Assembly: GCA_043228905.1 (NCBI GenBank)
Contig: JBHGNT010000014.1
Coordinates: 3,720,001-3,784,000, forward strand
DNA length: 64,000 nucleotides
Direction of reading: 5' to 3'
From: Azolla caroliniana
Lineage: Eukaryota > Plantae > Polypodiophyta
Part shown: positions 36,301 to 46,992 of the stretch, one piece after another
How positions within the stretch are numbered: the stretch's first letter is position 1
Layout: each line of letters starts with the position of its first letter
The notes under the pieces: model-generated
The model's database searches: none
Told to the model about the DNA's origin: nothing
Seen by the model: only the letters and a program-made list of their open reading frames with translations
Position numbers and translations under genes: made by a program

Positions 36301-38844
36301 CCTCCTGTGCTTGCCATAATTCCCGGATTGCCTCTTTATCCGGTTCCTCGTCGGTCCCGTCCGGTCGCAGTAGGTACGGTGATACTACTTCGACTACATC
36401 AATCTCGAACAGAGGTACGATCTTCGGATTTTCCTGTAAGTATTGATCGACCTCTTCGTCCGCCAATCCTTCCAGCATGTTAACACATTCCGCATATAGC
36501 AGCGTTGATTCATTGCCGGTACCGGATCGTGGTTGAGTCGGTACTCATACTTTCGCTTTTCCACGCCGGAACGTAATTATGTTCTTCCTCCAGTTTTGCT
36601 TTATGTGTGCCGTTTTTAACTAGGGCCGTCCCAACAATAGTGGGTAAGCTCCCTGAGCTTGTAGCTGGAGAACTACTGCGGAAATGCGAAATGTGTGACC
36701 CCCGATGGTCACTTCCAGATCGCGTATTAATCCGGTCGGCCGTACTGAGCTAGTGATCGCCATCCGAAGCCAAGACGGACACAGTTCCCAGTCCTAGATT
36801 CCTAGCGTGTTACACGTTCGGAGGCTGATCACGTTCACGCCGGATCCTCCATCGATAATCGTGTCAGGTAGCTCTTTTCCCTTCACGATGGTTGTGATTG
36901 CTAGACTGCTTGTGTCCACCACTGCCAGTCCTTCCTCTGGATTTGAAAAGAATGCCGGAGTCGGTGGTGTGTCAGATGCCGTCCTTCTGGTCTTCAGTCC
37001 TTCCGTGAACCGTGGTACCAGTTGCAATAGCCGTCCTAACGGCAGCATGATTTGGCATTCTTGTAACACCTGCCATGTTGGGTTTTCAGGTTGCCCCAGG
37101 CCGGTGAACTCTTCGGCATTCTCCTTTTGTTGTTCGAGCTCAGCCGCATTCCGTTCATTTGCCTTCTTCACCCATTCGGTTGCCTGCTTCCGGATGGCTT
37201 CTTGAGTTTCCCACTCCGTGGCTTTGCCTTTTGATCTTGTAGTGACTTGTTGTATGTCCGCAACTTCCGCGGCTACCATGTTCACCGTCGGTCGTTTGTC
37301 GTAGCTCTTCACCGGACATTGATTACTATAGTGACCCTCTTGCCGGCAATAATAGCAGTACGGCTTCCGAGCGTTGCTAGATTCAACGTGTGTGCTTGGT
37401 GGCGGACCAGGGGCAAGTGCTTGGTTTTGGTCTGGTTGGCTGCTCGGAGCGCCCTTTTCCGGTTCTCGTGGATGACCCCCCTTTTTGTTGAAATGACGTT
37501 TCTTATTGAAATTCTTTTTGTTGCGGTATCCTTGTCGGGGCTGGTCTTCATCCTTGCCATAGTCGTCCCGTCGGTGGTTGTAACCAGGGGAATGATCCCA
37601 GTTATATCTTTCATACCGTCCATTATAGTCCCAGTATCTATCCTGTCTATCATACTGGTCATACGCGTCTCTTCGGTCGCTATACCGGACATCTTGTGCC
37701 GGCCGGTAGCGCTCCTCTCGCCACCAACGTTCTTCTTCTTCCTCCCGGTTGCTCCGTGGTTCAATTTGCCGGACCGGTGGTGCTTGTCGATTTAACAAGT
37801 TATACTCACATCGTTCCATTGTGTGACTTCTGGAGTGGCTGAGCTGACTGTGTATCCACTGGAACCGGATGACAAACTATTGGATGTTCTCTGTTGGTTC
37901 CTGCCGGATACTGTAAAATAAGTCGACCATTTCCCACTGGCCATCTCCTTGTGGAAGAAATGCAAGAATTTTGCCTTTAATGTTTCAAACGTGGGGATGG
38001 TGCTGGGATCCTATGTTCGGTGCCATCTGGCGGCCGGTCCCTCCAAGGTCATGCCGAACTCTGCCCGTTTTGAGCGTTCCTCTTCGACTGCATTTAAGCG
38101 TTGGGACACATGGTTCGCTTCCCAGGTCTGCTGAAACGCATGGACGTGGGCTTCCGTGTCCAGATCACCGCAGTATCTGGGATATTGGAACGACATATCG
38201 TTGTCCGGTGTCGGTACACGGGCTGGTGGTGTCGGTGGTCGTTCCTCCTCCAGTGGTGTCAGAGGTTTTCCCCAGTCTTCTATCGCCGTCGGAGGTCTTT
38301 CCTGCTCCTCTTGTGGTGTCAGAGGCTTCTCCTCCTCAACTTCTAGTGTCGAAGGTCTCTCGTCGTCGACTTTTGGTTCCGGAGTGTGGTCAACTTCTGG
38401 TACCGGAGTTTCCAGCCTTGTCGATTCGGGTTCTGGTGTCGGCAAAGTATCTGACTCCTCGTCCTCTAGTCTACCTAGGGTGTCGTTACTGCTGCGGTAG
38501 TTCGTCTGCGCGTTATATTCCCCGTCCAAACCTGATTCAAATGCCAAAAATGCTTCGGATTCGCCTTCCCCCGTTGCCAATGCCCGGAGAAGGGATTCTC
38601 GTTCCCGGAGGCTGCTTAGGCTGCTTCCTTCGTCCGGGTAGGCGTTTTGTGGTAGCCGAAGTGATTCCTTGGCCACTCTTCGGATCACTTTCGAAAATGA
38701 GCGATCCGCTCTGATTTCTTCTGCCACTTGCTGGAAAGCCTCTCGCTTCCTCAGTCGTTCAGCAAGTCGCCTTGCTCGCTCCGTAACCGGGTCGTTCATT
38801 GGTCGCGTCATCCATTCCCGTCGTTGTTCGTTGCGATTGTGCAA
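33317..38844 (-). pseudogene. Gypsy-Y gag-pol (several stops and frameshifts)
   Basis: Zn knuckle CYYCRQEGHYSNQC, protease IIDGGSGVN, RT CVDYRKLN/FLDD, RH DASD, integrase PFQKWGLDFVG..GPYW. Confidence 0.93.
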
Positions 38845-38848
38845 GAAT

Positions 38849-38859
38849 TGTGGTCGCCA
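38849..38859 (-). promoter_or_regulatory. Probable PBS of Gypsy-Y (tRNA-Arg type)
   Basis: The minus strand reads ..TTAACACA GTTTT TGGCGACCACA just upstream of gag. Confidence 0.6.
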
Positions 38860-38864
38860 AAAAC

Positions 38865-39313
38865 TGTGTTAATCGTTAGGGCTGGACAATGGCCTAACAC
38901 AGGGTGTCTCCGGAAGACACTTCACCAAAGGGTGTTACGGCGAGATAACTTAAGACACAACGATTACTTCGACTTAATTAGCTACTTAGCAATAAGGCAT
39001 ACACTTAATACACGCGTAAGATATAACAATTAATTCAGAACGGTAATCAATACGTGAAGATAAAACAACAAGCTTATATTAATTCTCCGTTAAAGTTATA
39101 CATTGTAACCGAGCCTTTATATAGGTCACCGGTGCTGCGTACAAAACGGTGCCAACCGGCACCTGTTTGGAATCGGTCCGGATCCGGATCAGCATACCGA
39201 TTCCGGTCCGTCCGTTCACTACATAATTATAATCTAATCTACTTAATTAAATATATTCCGAATAACCATCCCTTTCACATTCTGCTCTCTGCTCCTTTGT
39301 CGTCCAGGTAACA
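38865..39313 (-). repeat. Gypsy-Y 5' LTR-like block
   Basis: Begins TGTTACC on the minus strand, has TATA CCTATATAAAGG at about 39113-39124, and ends in ..AACA or ..AACACA before the PBS. Confidence 0.65.
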
Positions 39314-39319
39314 TGTATA

Positions 39320-39460
39320 TTCGTCGAAGGCTGAATCTTCGTCGAAGGTTGAATCTTCATCAAAGGCTGAATTTTCGTTGAAGGTTGTTCTTTCGACGAA
39401 CTTTGGGTCCTCGTCAAAGGTTGAATCTTCGTTGAAGGTTGTTCTTTCGACGAACTTTGC
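39320..39460. repeat. Tandem repeats of about 18 bp (TTCGTCGAAGGTTGAATC)
   Basis: Directly visible. Confidence 0.8.
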
Positions 39461-39604
39461 ATGGGAAATTCAAACTTTTTGGTGCCAACGGTCGTTTCGT
39501 GACCTGTGGAGTGATCGTAGCCGTGAGACTCACGGTGATTATGCTTGCCCTATAACGGCCCAATCTCCACAATGTTTAATGTTAACCGAGCGAATGAACA
39601 AAAA

Positions 39605-39816
39605 AATGACTTAATTAAACTATGGAATAATGAGAAAAAAATAGAAAATGGACTTAATTAAACTACGAAATGATGAGAAAAAACAGAAAATGGACTTAAT
39701 TAAACTATGAAATGATGAGAAAAACAGAAAATGGACTTAATTAAACTATGAAATGATGAGAAAAAACAGAAAATGGACTTAATTAAACTATGAAATAATG
39801 AGAAAAACAGAAAATG
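39605..39816. repeat. 41-42 bp tandem repeat, about five copies (GACTTAATTAAACTATGAAATGATGAGAAAAAACAGAAAATG)
   Basis: Directly visible head-to-tail units without spacers. Confidence 0.92.
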
Positions 39817-39903
39817 GTGGTTCTCTTGCGATTTCTTCCTTCGTTGAGTGGTTTGCCTCCGAGTTTTTGACTACTCGAAAATAGGCTTCAAGTGTCGGTC
39901 GTA

Positions 39904-39921
39904 TCCCTGGCAACGACGCCA
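39904..39921 (-). promoter_or_regulatory. Primer binding site, tRNA-Asp type (Gypsy-B)
   Basis: TGGCGTCGTTGCCAGGGA 6 nt inside the 5' LTR; resembles the Athila-type TGGCGCCGTTGCCGGGGA. Confidence 0.8.
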
Positions 39922-39927
39922 AATAGA

Positions 39928-40495
39928 TGTTAAGGATCTATGTATCGATGGAGTAAGCTCCTCGATATCGTGGCGGGATTCGGACCGACGTATACCCTCT
40001 TGATGGTGAATCGGGCGGAGATGGTTGTCGGATACCTCCGAGCCTCACACTCACTCAACGATTAGCAAATGATTGAGCACGATATCTCTCTCACTCTCTC
40101 AAGCGCTCTCTCATAGAAAATAGATTAATAGATATAGACAATAAGAAGGAAGAGTATGTCTATTATTAACCCTCTTTGCTAAGAGGTCTGGCACCAATAA
40201 GGAGAGAGATTAGTGTTCTCTAACTAAATACTTCACTAATCTCTCTTAAGCTCAAAGGTTACAAGAAGGAGGAGAGGAAGCTCTAGCTTTAATCAATAGG
40301 AGATCTTTACAAATGGGAGAACCCCCACAAAGCCACTGCTATGTGGTTTATATAGCTTTCACGTTTAGGGTATGGGCCTTTCACACTTGACCGTCTCTTT
40401 GCTTTCCTTTCCTCTTGCCGTTTCCTCTTCGTACTACGTCCTTGTTGATGCGTTCTTATTCGTGACTGGTTGTGTTGTTATTCCGACGCTTAACA
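39928..40495 (-). repeat. Gypsy-B 5' LTR (568 bp)
   Basis: Matches 9708-10270. Confidence 0.95.
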
Positions 40496-40500
40496 CTTGA

Positions 40501-41522
40501 GACATTGTATGTTGGGGTAAAGGCCCTAAATAACCCCCTTATAGTGTGTACATGTGTAAGGTCAAGTATTGTTGACGATGTCAGGAACAATACTAAGACA
40601 GAGAAGGAATTAGTACTAAACGAAGGATTAGTACTATGAGAGGTGTAGAACTTCTTCGAGAGAAGGAAGAAGTGAGCGAGACGGAGAGAAAGAGAGAGAT
40701 AGAGAGTGATGATAAGAAAGATATGTATTATGTGAAGAGAATATACAATGGTGGCGAAAAGGCTTAAGACTGGCGTTGAACCAATTTGGTTCAACATAAT
40801 GCCTAGTGCCCTCTTTTATAGTGTTTTCAGGAGTAATCCTGAAGCTTCTAGAATGTTCCAGAGAAATCTAGAATATACACTAATTTCCTATAATAAAATG
40901 TAAATGAAAATAATATCCTACGTATTACAATAGATGATCTAATGGTCAAGAGCTCAACCCATATAACCTAAGGTCATGGGTTTGAGTCTTGCCATATCAT
41001 GACAGACGATATAGGCATAACCCTAAGGACAAATTCTAAGTCTAATTTCAATAGGTTAAGGGTAGGATCGTTGGGAAACCAATTACCCTAGGGACTGGGG
41101 AAAACTAGTAAGAACTTATTATATGTGGTGGTATGGGAGCCTTAGGTGTTTGACTATATAAAGGGCCATAGCTACCCCTTTCATTAGGGTACCTTGAGAC
41201 ATTGTATGTTAGGGTAAAGGCCCTAAATAACCCCCTTATAGTGTGTACATGTGTAAGGTCAAGTATTGTTGACAATATAGGCATAACCCTAAGGACCAAT
41301 TCTAAATCTAATTTCAATGGGTTAAGGGTAGGATCGTTGGGAAACCAATTATCCTAGGGACTGGGGAAAACTAGTAAGGACCTATCATATGTGGTGGTAT
41401 GGGAGCCTTAGGTGTTTGACTATATATAAAGGGCCATAGCTACCCCTTTCATTAGGGTACCTTGAGACATTGTCTATTGGGGTAAAGGCCCTAAATAACC
41501 CCCTTATAGTGTGTACATGTGT
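40501..41522. repeat. Tandem repeat of about 266-268 bp (about three units including 9484-9707) within the Copia-4 LTR
   Basis: ACCTTGAGAC recurs at 41191 and 41459, and the same unit is present at 9484-9707. Confidence 0.88.
40579..41004 (-). mobile_element. Solo LTR (426 bp), TGTCA..TGACA, TSD GACGA
   Basis: GACGA at 40574-40578 and 41005-41009; interrupts one unit of the 267-bp repeat; minus-strand TATA CTATAAAAG near 40813-40821. Confidence 0.88.
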
Positions 41523-42216
41523 ATAGGGCTATTCATAAAGGCCAAAAGTCACTTATCACTTTTTCGTTATTTTTGGGCCAAGTTTAGTGTGAACTTGCCC
41601 AACCCTAAATGGGTCATATAAAACATAAGTTAAAAACTTTTGGGTCTCTCTCTCTATCTTTTCAACCATCACTCTACTCCTACACCTAAAGCCCTAAGTG
41701 TTCCTCAACCCTATTGACAATTTCTGACCCTTTCAACTGGTAACAGAGCAGATTTAGGGTTTCAAAACGGTTGCACAGTTGTTGTACAGAAAAGATAAGG
41801 TATTCTACCATTAGAAGCTCCAGTTTCATTGCAAAGAACGTTGCCCCAGAGTTTCGAGGAACTTCTTGGGTGTCGCAACAATCCATAATAGGCTATTTTT
41901 AGGTGATATACAAGTTAAAGTAGGGTTTCTGCAAAATAGAGCCTAAAATTTGGGGCTTTTGCTCCTATACGCATTGAAAAGTTGAGTATTAGCTTTATGT
42001 ATGCTCTCTGAGGTAAAAAACAACAACATTAGTTGTTTTTTAGCACAGAGTAAGGTTCTGAAATTCTTTGTGCAGAAAATTTAGAGATAAGTTTTTGTGC
42101 CTGAAATTGCTCTTGTAACCTTTTGGAGCTATGGTGCACTATTTCTTGAGGTTAGTCTCTGATTTTGGTGCATTTGACCTAAAATTCCAACAAGTTATCC
42201 TCTTCACTATGAAACT

Positions 42217-44780
42217 ATGGCATCATCATCCTCAAATGTAAAGAATTGATTTGAGATTCGATGATTTGAGGGAAAGGGTTTGACTTGTGGAAGGAGAGAA
42301 TGCAAGGAATTATCCTTTTGAAGGATTGTGACAAAGCATTGGAGGTAGAAAAACCAGAGAACATGTCAGAAGATGCATGGTGGATTTTGAACAAAAAGGT
42401 TGTCACATATATTAAGAAGATTGTTTCTGATGAGATTTTGGTAAATCTCAAGGGCTTGGTCGCTACTTCCAAAATATGGGCTAAGTTGAAGGCTACATAT
42501 GAAAATACTACGCATGTTAATCAAGTACATCTAATGCGAAAGCTTGTTGGCATGCAGCTAGATGACTCTTAAGAGTGCAGTTGAACACTTGTCTTTGTTT
42601 ACAGGCACCTTATCACAATTGCAGGACTCAAGAATGGCTCCTTTTGATGACAAGCTTAGAGCCATTTTCTTGCTTATGACACTACCTTACACGTGGGAGA
42701 CATTGGTAGTCTCATTGCCTAATAACCCCAACTTGACCTTTGATGGTGCTGGGGGTTCCATACTCAATGAAGAGATCCTGAGAAAAGCAAGTGGAGAAGG
42801 TGGCAGATCAGCCAACACGGTTAGATGTAGGACAAATATGAGAAGTAACTATGTACACAAGAACAAAAGTAGAAGCAAGGAAAGGGGAAATAGCAACAAA
42901 GGTAAAAGCAATGATGTAACCTGTTATCAATATGGTAGGAAAGGCCACAAGAAACCTGATTGCCGCTATTACAAAGCAGAACTTGAAAGAAAGAAGAATT
43001 CTAGAGATAAGAAAAAGGACAAGATTGATGCACATGACAGTCAAAAGACAAAGAGAAGGCCAATTTGGCCTCTAATGTAATCATAGAGGAGTTGTTAGAT
43101 GTTGAGGAGATTTTATGTGCCACTTTTTTAGCTGATGATACTTATGCATATGATGCCTCTCTAAATATTCATTCACAAGACATGTGCATCACTAAGAATG
43201 ATTTTATTAATGCTTTGTTGACCATCAATGATGCATTGGCCCAAACATGGATAGTTGACTCAAGTACTTCATTTCATGTGATTCCTATCAAAAGAGTGTT
43301 TTTCTACTTTTATTGCAGGAAGCCATGGCCATGTATACGTTGGAAACAATCATGCATGTTCCATTGAGGGTATTGGCACTGTGCATTTTTCTACAAATGG
43401 AACTAATAAGCTGGTTTTGCATAATGTGCATTATGTAACAGGGATCAAGAAGAGCTTGCTTTCTGTGGGTCAAATGGATATGCATGGTTATAACATTCTC
43501 TTTGAGAGATGATCATGGAAAATGAAAAAAGGTTCAAGGTTGATTGTGAAAGGCACAAAGAAGGGAACTCTTTATTGTTTACAAGGAAATGCTATATGAG
43601 GCAAGTTTATTGCTTTGGCTAAGTTCACTCACATATGGAGTTGTGGCATAAGAGACTTGGCCATATGAGCCAAAAGGGTCTCACTAGGCTTTGTAATCTA
43701 AAGAAGCTTGATGCTAAAGGTACAAAGCTTGACTTTTGTAATGAATGCCAATTATATGGAAAGCAAGTGAAGTGTTCATTTTACTCTAGTGTGCCTTGTA
43801 AGTTTGGTGTACTTGATCTTGTTCATTTTGATGTGTCTAGAATGCCAACCACATCTATGGGGGGCGCTATGTATTTTATTTCATTTGTTGATGACTTCTC
43901 TAGAAAAATATGGGATCAATTACTTAAATCTAAGGATGAAGCCTTTGTTGTATTTGCAAAAAACTAAAATATTTGCGTATGGACAATGGTGGTGAGTATA
44001 CAAGTGGTAAATTCAAGAAATTTTGTGAAATTTTGGGTATTAAGAGAAAGCTTATTGTTCCATACAACCTCTCTTCTAATGGTGTGGTTGAACACTATAA
44101 TAGGACACTTTGTGAGAGGGTGAGATGCATGTTGTCCACCGCTAATCTCCCTCATAGATTTTGGGGAGAGGCACTCAAAACTGTAATACATGTATGCAAT
44201 AGATCCCCTCATGTGTCTTTAAAAGGTGACATCCCTAAAGAGGTTTGGTTTGGCAAACCTGCTTCATATGATCACTTACCGTGTCTTTGGCTACGAGGTT
44301 TTTGTACATATAAGGCATGAGCTGAGAAACAAACTTGATGCCAAGTCCATTAAAGGCCTCTTCATGGGATATGGTGAAGAAGGCGAAATGGGCTACAAGA
44401 TTTGGATACCCTAGCTCAAGAAGGTTATACGCAACCGAGATGTTGTTTTCAATGAGGCAAGGTTGCTTAAAAACGAGTATGCCTCAAAAGATGTCCATAA
44501 AAGGGTTGGATTTCAGCATGATTAACCACCTATTAGACCGAGTTTTGACCATCAGGATGCACCGCAAAGGACTGAAAAGATTGATGATCCAATGGTTTTG
44601 GAGCCGGAAGATGATGGACAGACAACAAGATGAGGATCGTAAGGGGAATATGGAGCCAAGTAATAATGCTGAAAATAATGGACAACAACCTAATAATGAT
44701 GATTTAGACATACCACTTGGTGCTGACCCATTGCATGACAATGTGGATCATTGGGTGAGACGTTCTACTCGTAAATAAGA
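42217..44780 (+). pseudogene. Copia-4 gag-protease-integrase, heavily degenerate, truncated before RT
   Basis: WKERMQGII gag, CYQYGRKGHKKPDC, WIVDSSTSFH, LWHKRLGHMS, MDNGGEY, FMGYG, VRRSTR. Confidence 0.9.
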
Positions 44781-45120
44781 TAATCAAGGAGAAAGCTTGG
44801 AAAACACTCCCGACAAAAAGAAATGTAATTCCAATTGAAACCTGCCATGATTGAGCCCAACAATAATAATGAACCGGGAAGTAAGAAGACAAATGCATCA
44901 GGCAAGGGAGTAGGGATTACAAGAGAGAATCGGAGATTGGCATGGAACGCAGAAGGGGTCATCAATGACCAAAAGCACCTAAGTCTACAACAGGGCTTGA
45001 AGCACAACATGCTTACCATTCGGGGGGCGGGAGCATGCAATGGAGTGTGTGTGCCCCCCCCCCCCCCTCTCCATGAGGTGACATGTTCGTTCATGATGAC
45101 ATATAAACCTGTATGGCCGG

Positions 45121-45691
45121 TAGCAATGGGCCCGGTTTCGGCTTAAACCGAACAGAACCGTTAAACCATGGTTTAAAGGTTTATAAGTTCCAAAATAATT
45201 AAATGGTTCGGTTTGGTTTTAATTAATAATAAACGGTTTGGTTTGGTTTTGAAACTAGGGTTTATAGGTTTTTGGGCTATCTTTTTTTATCCATTAAATG
45301 TTTATGTAATTTAATGGTTTAATTAATGTTTTTCATTGGTTTAATTCACTTAACTTAATTGTTTATTTAATCTAATGGCTCAATTAATCTTATTGATTGA
45401 TTTTAACATAAATGCTTATTTAATTTTGTGTATATTTATTTAATTAATTTTTTAATTAGGTTGACTTAAATGTGGTTAAGTTTAAACTTTTTTATTAAAT
45501 GGTTCGGTTTGGTTTTAACTTTTCCTTAAACAGTTTTGGTTTAAATGGTTTTTAGTTTACTTTTTTTAAAAAAATGGTTTGGTTAAAAAAGTTCGAATGT
45601 TCATAAAGGGTTTGGTTTGGTTTTTGTTTTATATAAAGGGTTTGGTTTGGTTTCAAGGCACCGAAACCGAACCGAACCAGGCCTATTGCTA
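45121..45691. mobile_element. Non-autonomous hAT-type DNA transposon (MITE, 571 bp)
   Basis: TIRs TAGCAAT(G/A)GGCC(C/T)GGTT, perfect 8-bp TSD ATGGCCGG (45113-45120 and 45692-45699), subterminal AAACC/GGTTT repeats, AT-rich core. Confidence 0.9.
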
Positions 45692-45784
45692 ATGGCCGGT
45701 GTGTGGAGACCATCATCTTCGGAAAGAGTTTAATGATAAGAATCGGAGGGCGGGTGCTTTTCACGTCTTCTCTCTTTGGCAGGG

Positions 45785-45922
45785 CTTCTTCTTCTTCTTC
45801 TTCTTCTTCTTCTTCTTTTGCTTCTTCTTATTTGACGGAATATGTATGCACTCGTTCAACGTTGACGGAGACATGACGGCGACGGTGACGGTGACGGCGG
45901 TGACGTCATCACCGGCGGGGGC

Positions 45923-45963
<41 letters not shown>
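45785..45963 (+). repeat. (CTT)n and (GA)n microsatellites in the promoter/5' UTR of the IDM1-like gene
   Basis: Directly visible; a probable 5'-UTR splice donor GTAAGT follows at 46177. Confidence 0.85.
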
Positions 45964-45966
<3 letters not shown>

Positions 45967-46992
45967 TTTTGTGTTTTGCATGGAACTGCGTTTTTGGGTC
46001 GGTGAAATTTGAAAAGGATCTCTGTCTCTGTCTCTGTCTCTCTGTTTCTAGTCTCTATGTGTGCTCTGCAGAAGACAGAGAAGGTTTTCATTCCTCTGCA
46101 CAGAGATATGGGTGTTGTTGGGCTATGGATGCATAGTATCCGCCAGATGAACTCGATCCCTGCAGAGCTTCTCAAAGTAAGTCTCTTCCCCTCCACTCTG
46201 CCTTCATCTGTTTTGGTTCTCTCTTCGCTCTATTCTTTCTTTTCGCCTCTTCCTGTTTTCGTTGTAATCCAAACAACTCAGATTTTTCCTCTGTTAGGGT
46301 AGGCTAAACACATTTTACTCCGATGCATCCTCCCCTTTATTCACTCAGTAGTAGAAAGCAAAGAGCAACGCAATTTTATGGGCTATGTTGTTCCGGCACA
46401 AGTTTTCTGTGCTTTTTCCTTTCCCCCTATTCTCTCTGCCTTTGGCACATTGTCATAGCTAGTTCTCACTATGTTTATCTATCTTCTCTTCACAGTCTGT
46501 GGGGCACCTAGGTGATGAGACCATAGCATTATATTATGCCGCCAAATGTATATTCTCTCAGAAGTATTCATAAGGTTAATAATGCAGGAGAAAAAAAACA
46601 GAATGATACAGTTAAAAAATGCAGGGAAAAGGAACAAGTATTCGCCAAATCTATTTCTTACAATGCACAATGTCCCTTGATGTGTATATTGAGTTTTCTT
46701 CTGTTTGCCGTATGCTAGATGCTTCAAAACCTGTGCACTTTTAGTCCTGAAAAAAAAAGAGAGCTTTTTAACTTCTCCTAGAGAAGAGGTGCTATCGATG
46801 AGACTGCTGCGAACAGAATCAGAACCTCCTGCATATGTTTTATTGGACATGAAGATGAGCTAGAAAACTAACAAAAAAAAAATCGTTCTGTGATGCCAAC
46901 TATGTGAGAAAGTATGAGAATAAATTAATAATGCAAAGTCATACCCAATGCTGGTCATAAGATATTTTGGTTCTTGTTTGTTAGATGCAGGG

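Larger units (their letters stand above)
29082..39313 (-). mobile_element. Gypsy-Y: Tat/Athila-like element with gag-pol, a 3' accessory ORF and atypical termini
   Basis: gag-PR-RT-RH-INT at 38844-33317, accessory ORF at 33060 to about 30075, LTR-like blocks at about 29082-30001 and 38865-39313. The left boundary is uncertain and no TSD was found. Confidence 0.8.
9708..40495 (-). mobile_element. Gypsy-B: non-chromoviral (Athila/Tat-like) Ty3/Gypsy element carrying several nested insertions
   Basis: LTRs at 9708-10270 and 39928-40495, TSD CTTGA (9703-9707 and 40496-40500), tRNA-Asp-type PBS, PPT GGGGGGGA, order gag-PR-RT-RH-INT. Confidence 0.93.
9444..44780 (+). mobile_element. Copia-4: old, 3'-truncated Ty1/Copia element; its probable 5' LTR (about 9444-42192) is split by Gypsy-B and a solo LTR
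   Basis: A roughly 267-bp repeat unit runs continuously across 9707/40501. Probable termini TGTTAGGA (9444) and TTCCAACA (42192) sit immediately before a degenerate gag ORF. The PBS is not recognisable. Confidence 0.6.

Noticed and set aside
38916-38933. Alternative Gypsy-Y LTR end at 38933 with PBS-like TGGTGAAGTGTC on the minus strand
   Set aside because: I cannot match it to a tRNA 3' end beyond TGGTGAA. The site at 38849-38865 fits an Arg PBS better, though the alternative is not fully excluded.
29079-39316. ACATGT at both ends of Gypsy-Y considered as a tyrosine-recombinase (DIRS-type) integration core
   Set aside because: The element encodes a DDE integrase and no tyrosine recombinase, the left boundary is uncertain, and the match is short.
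39605-39816. 41-42 bp repeats considered as a CRISPR array
   Set aside because: Head-to-tail units with no unique spacers, no cas genes, and a eukaryotic TE context.
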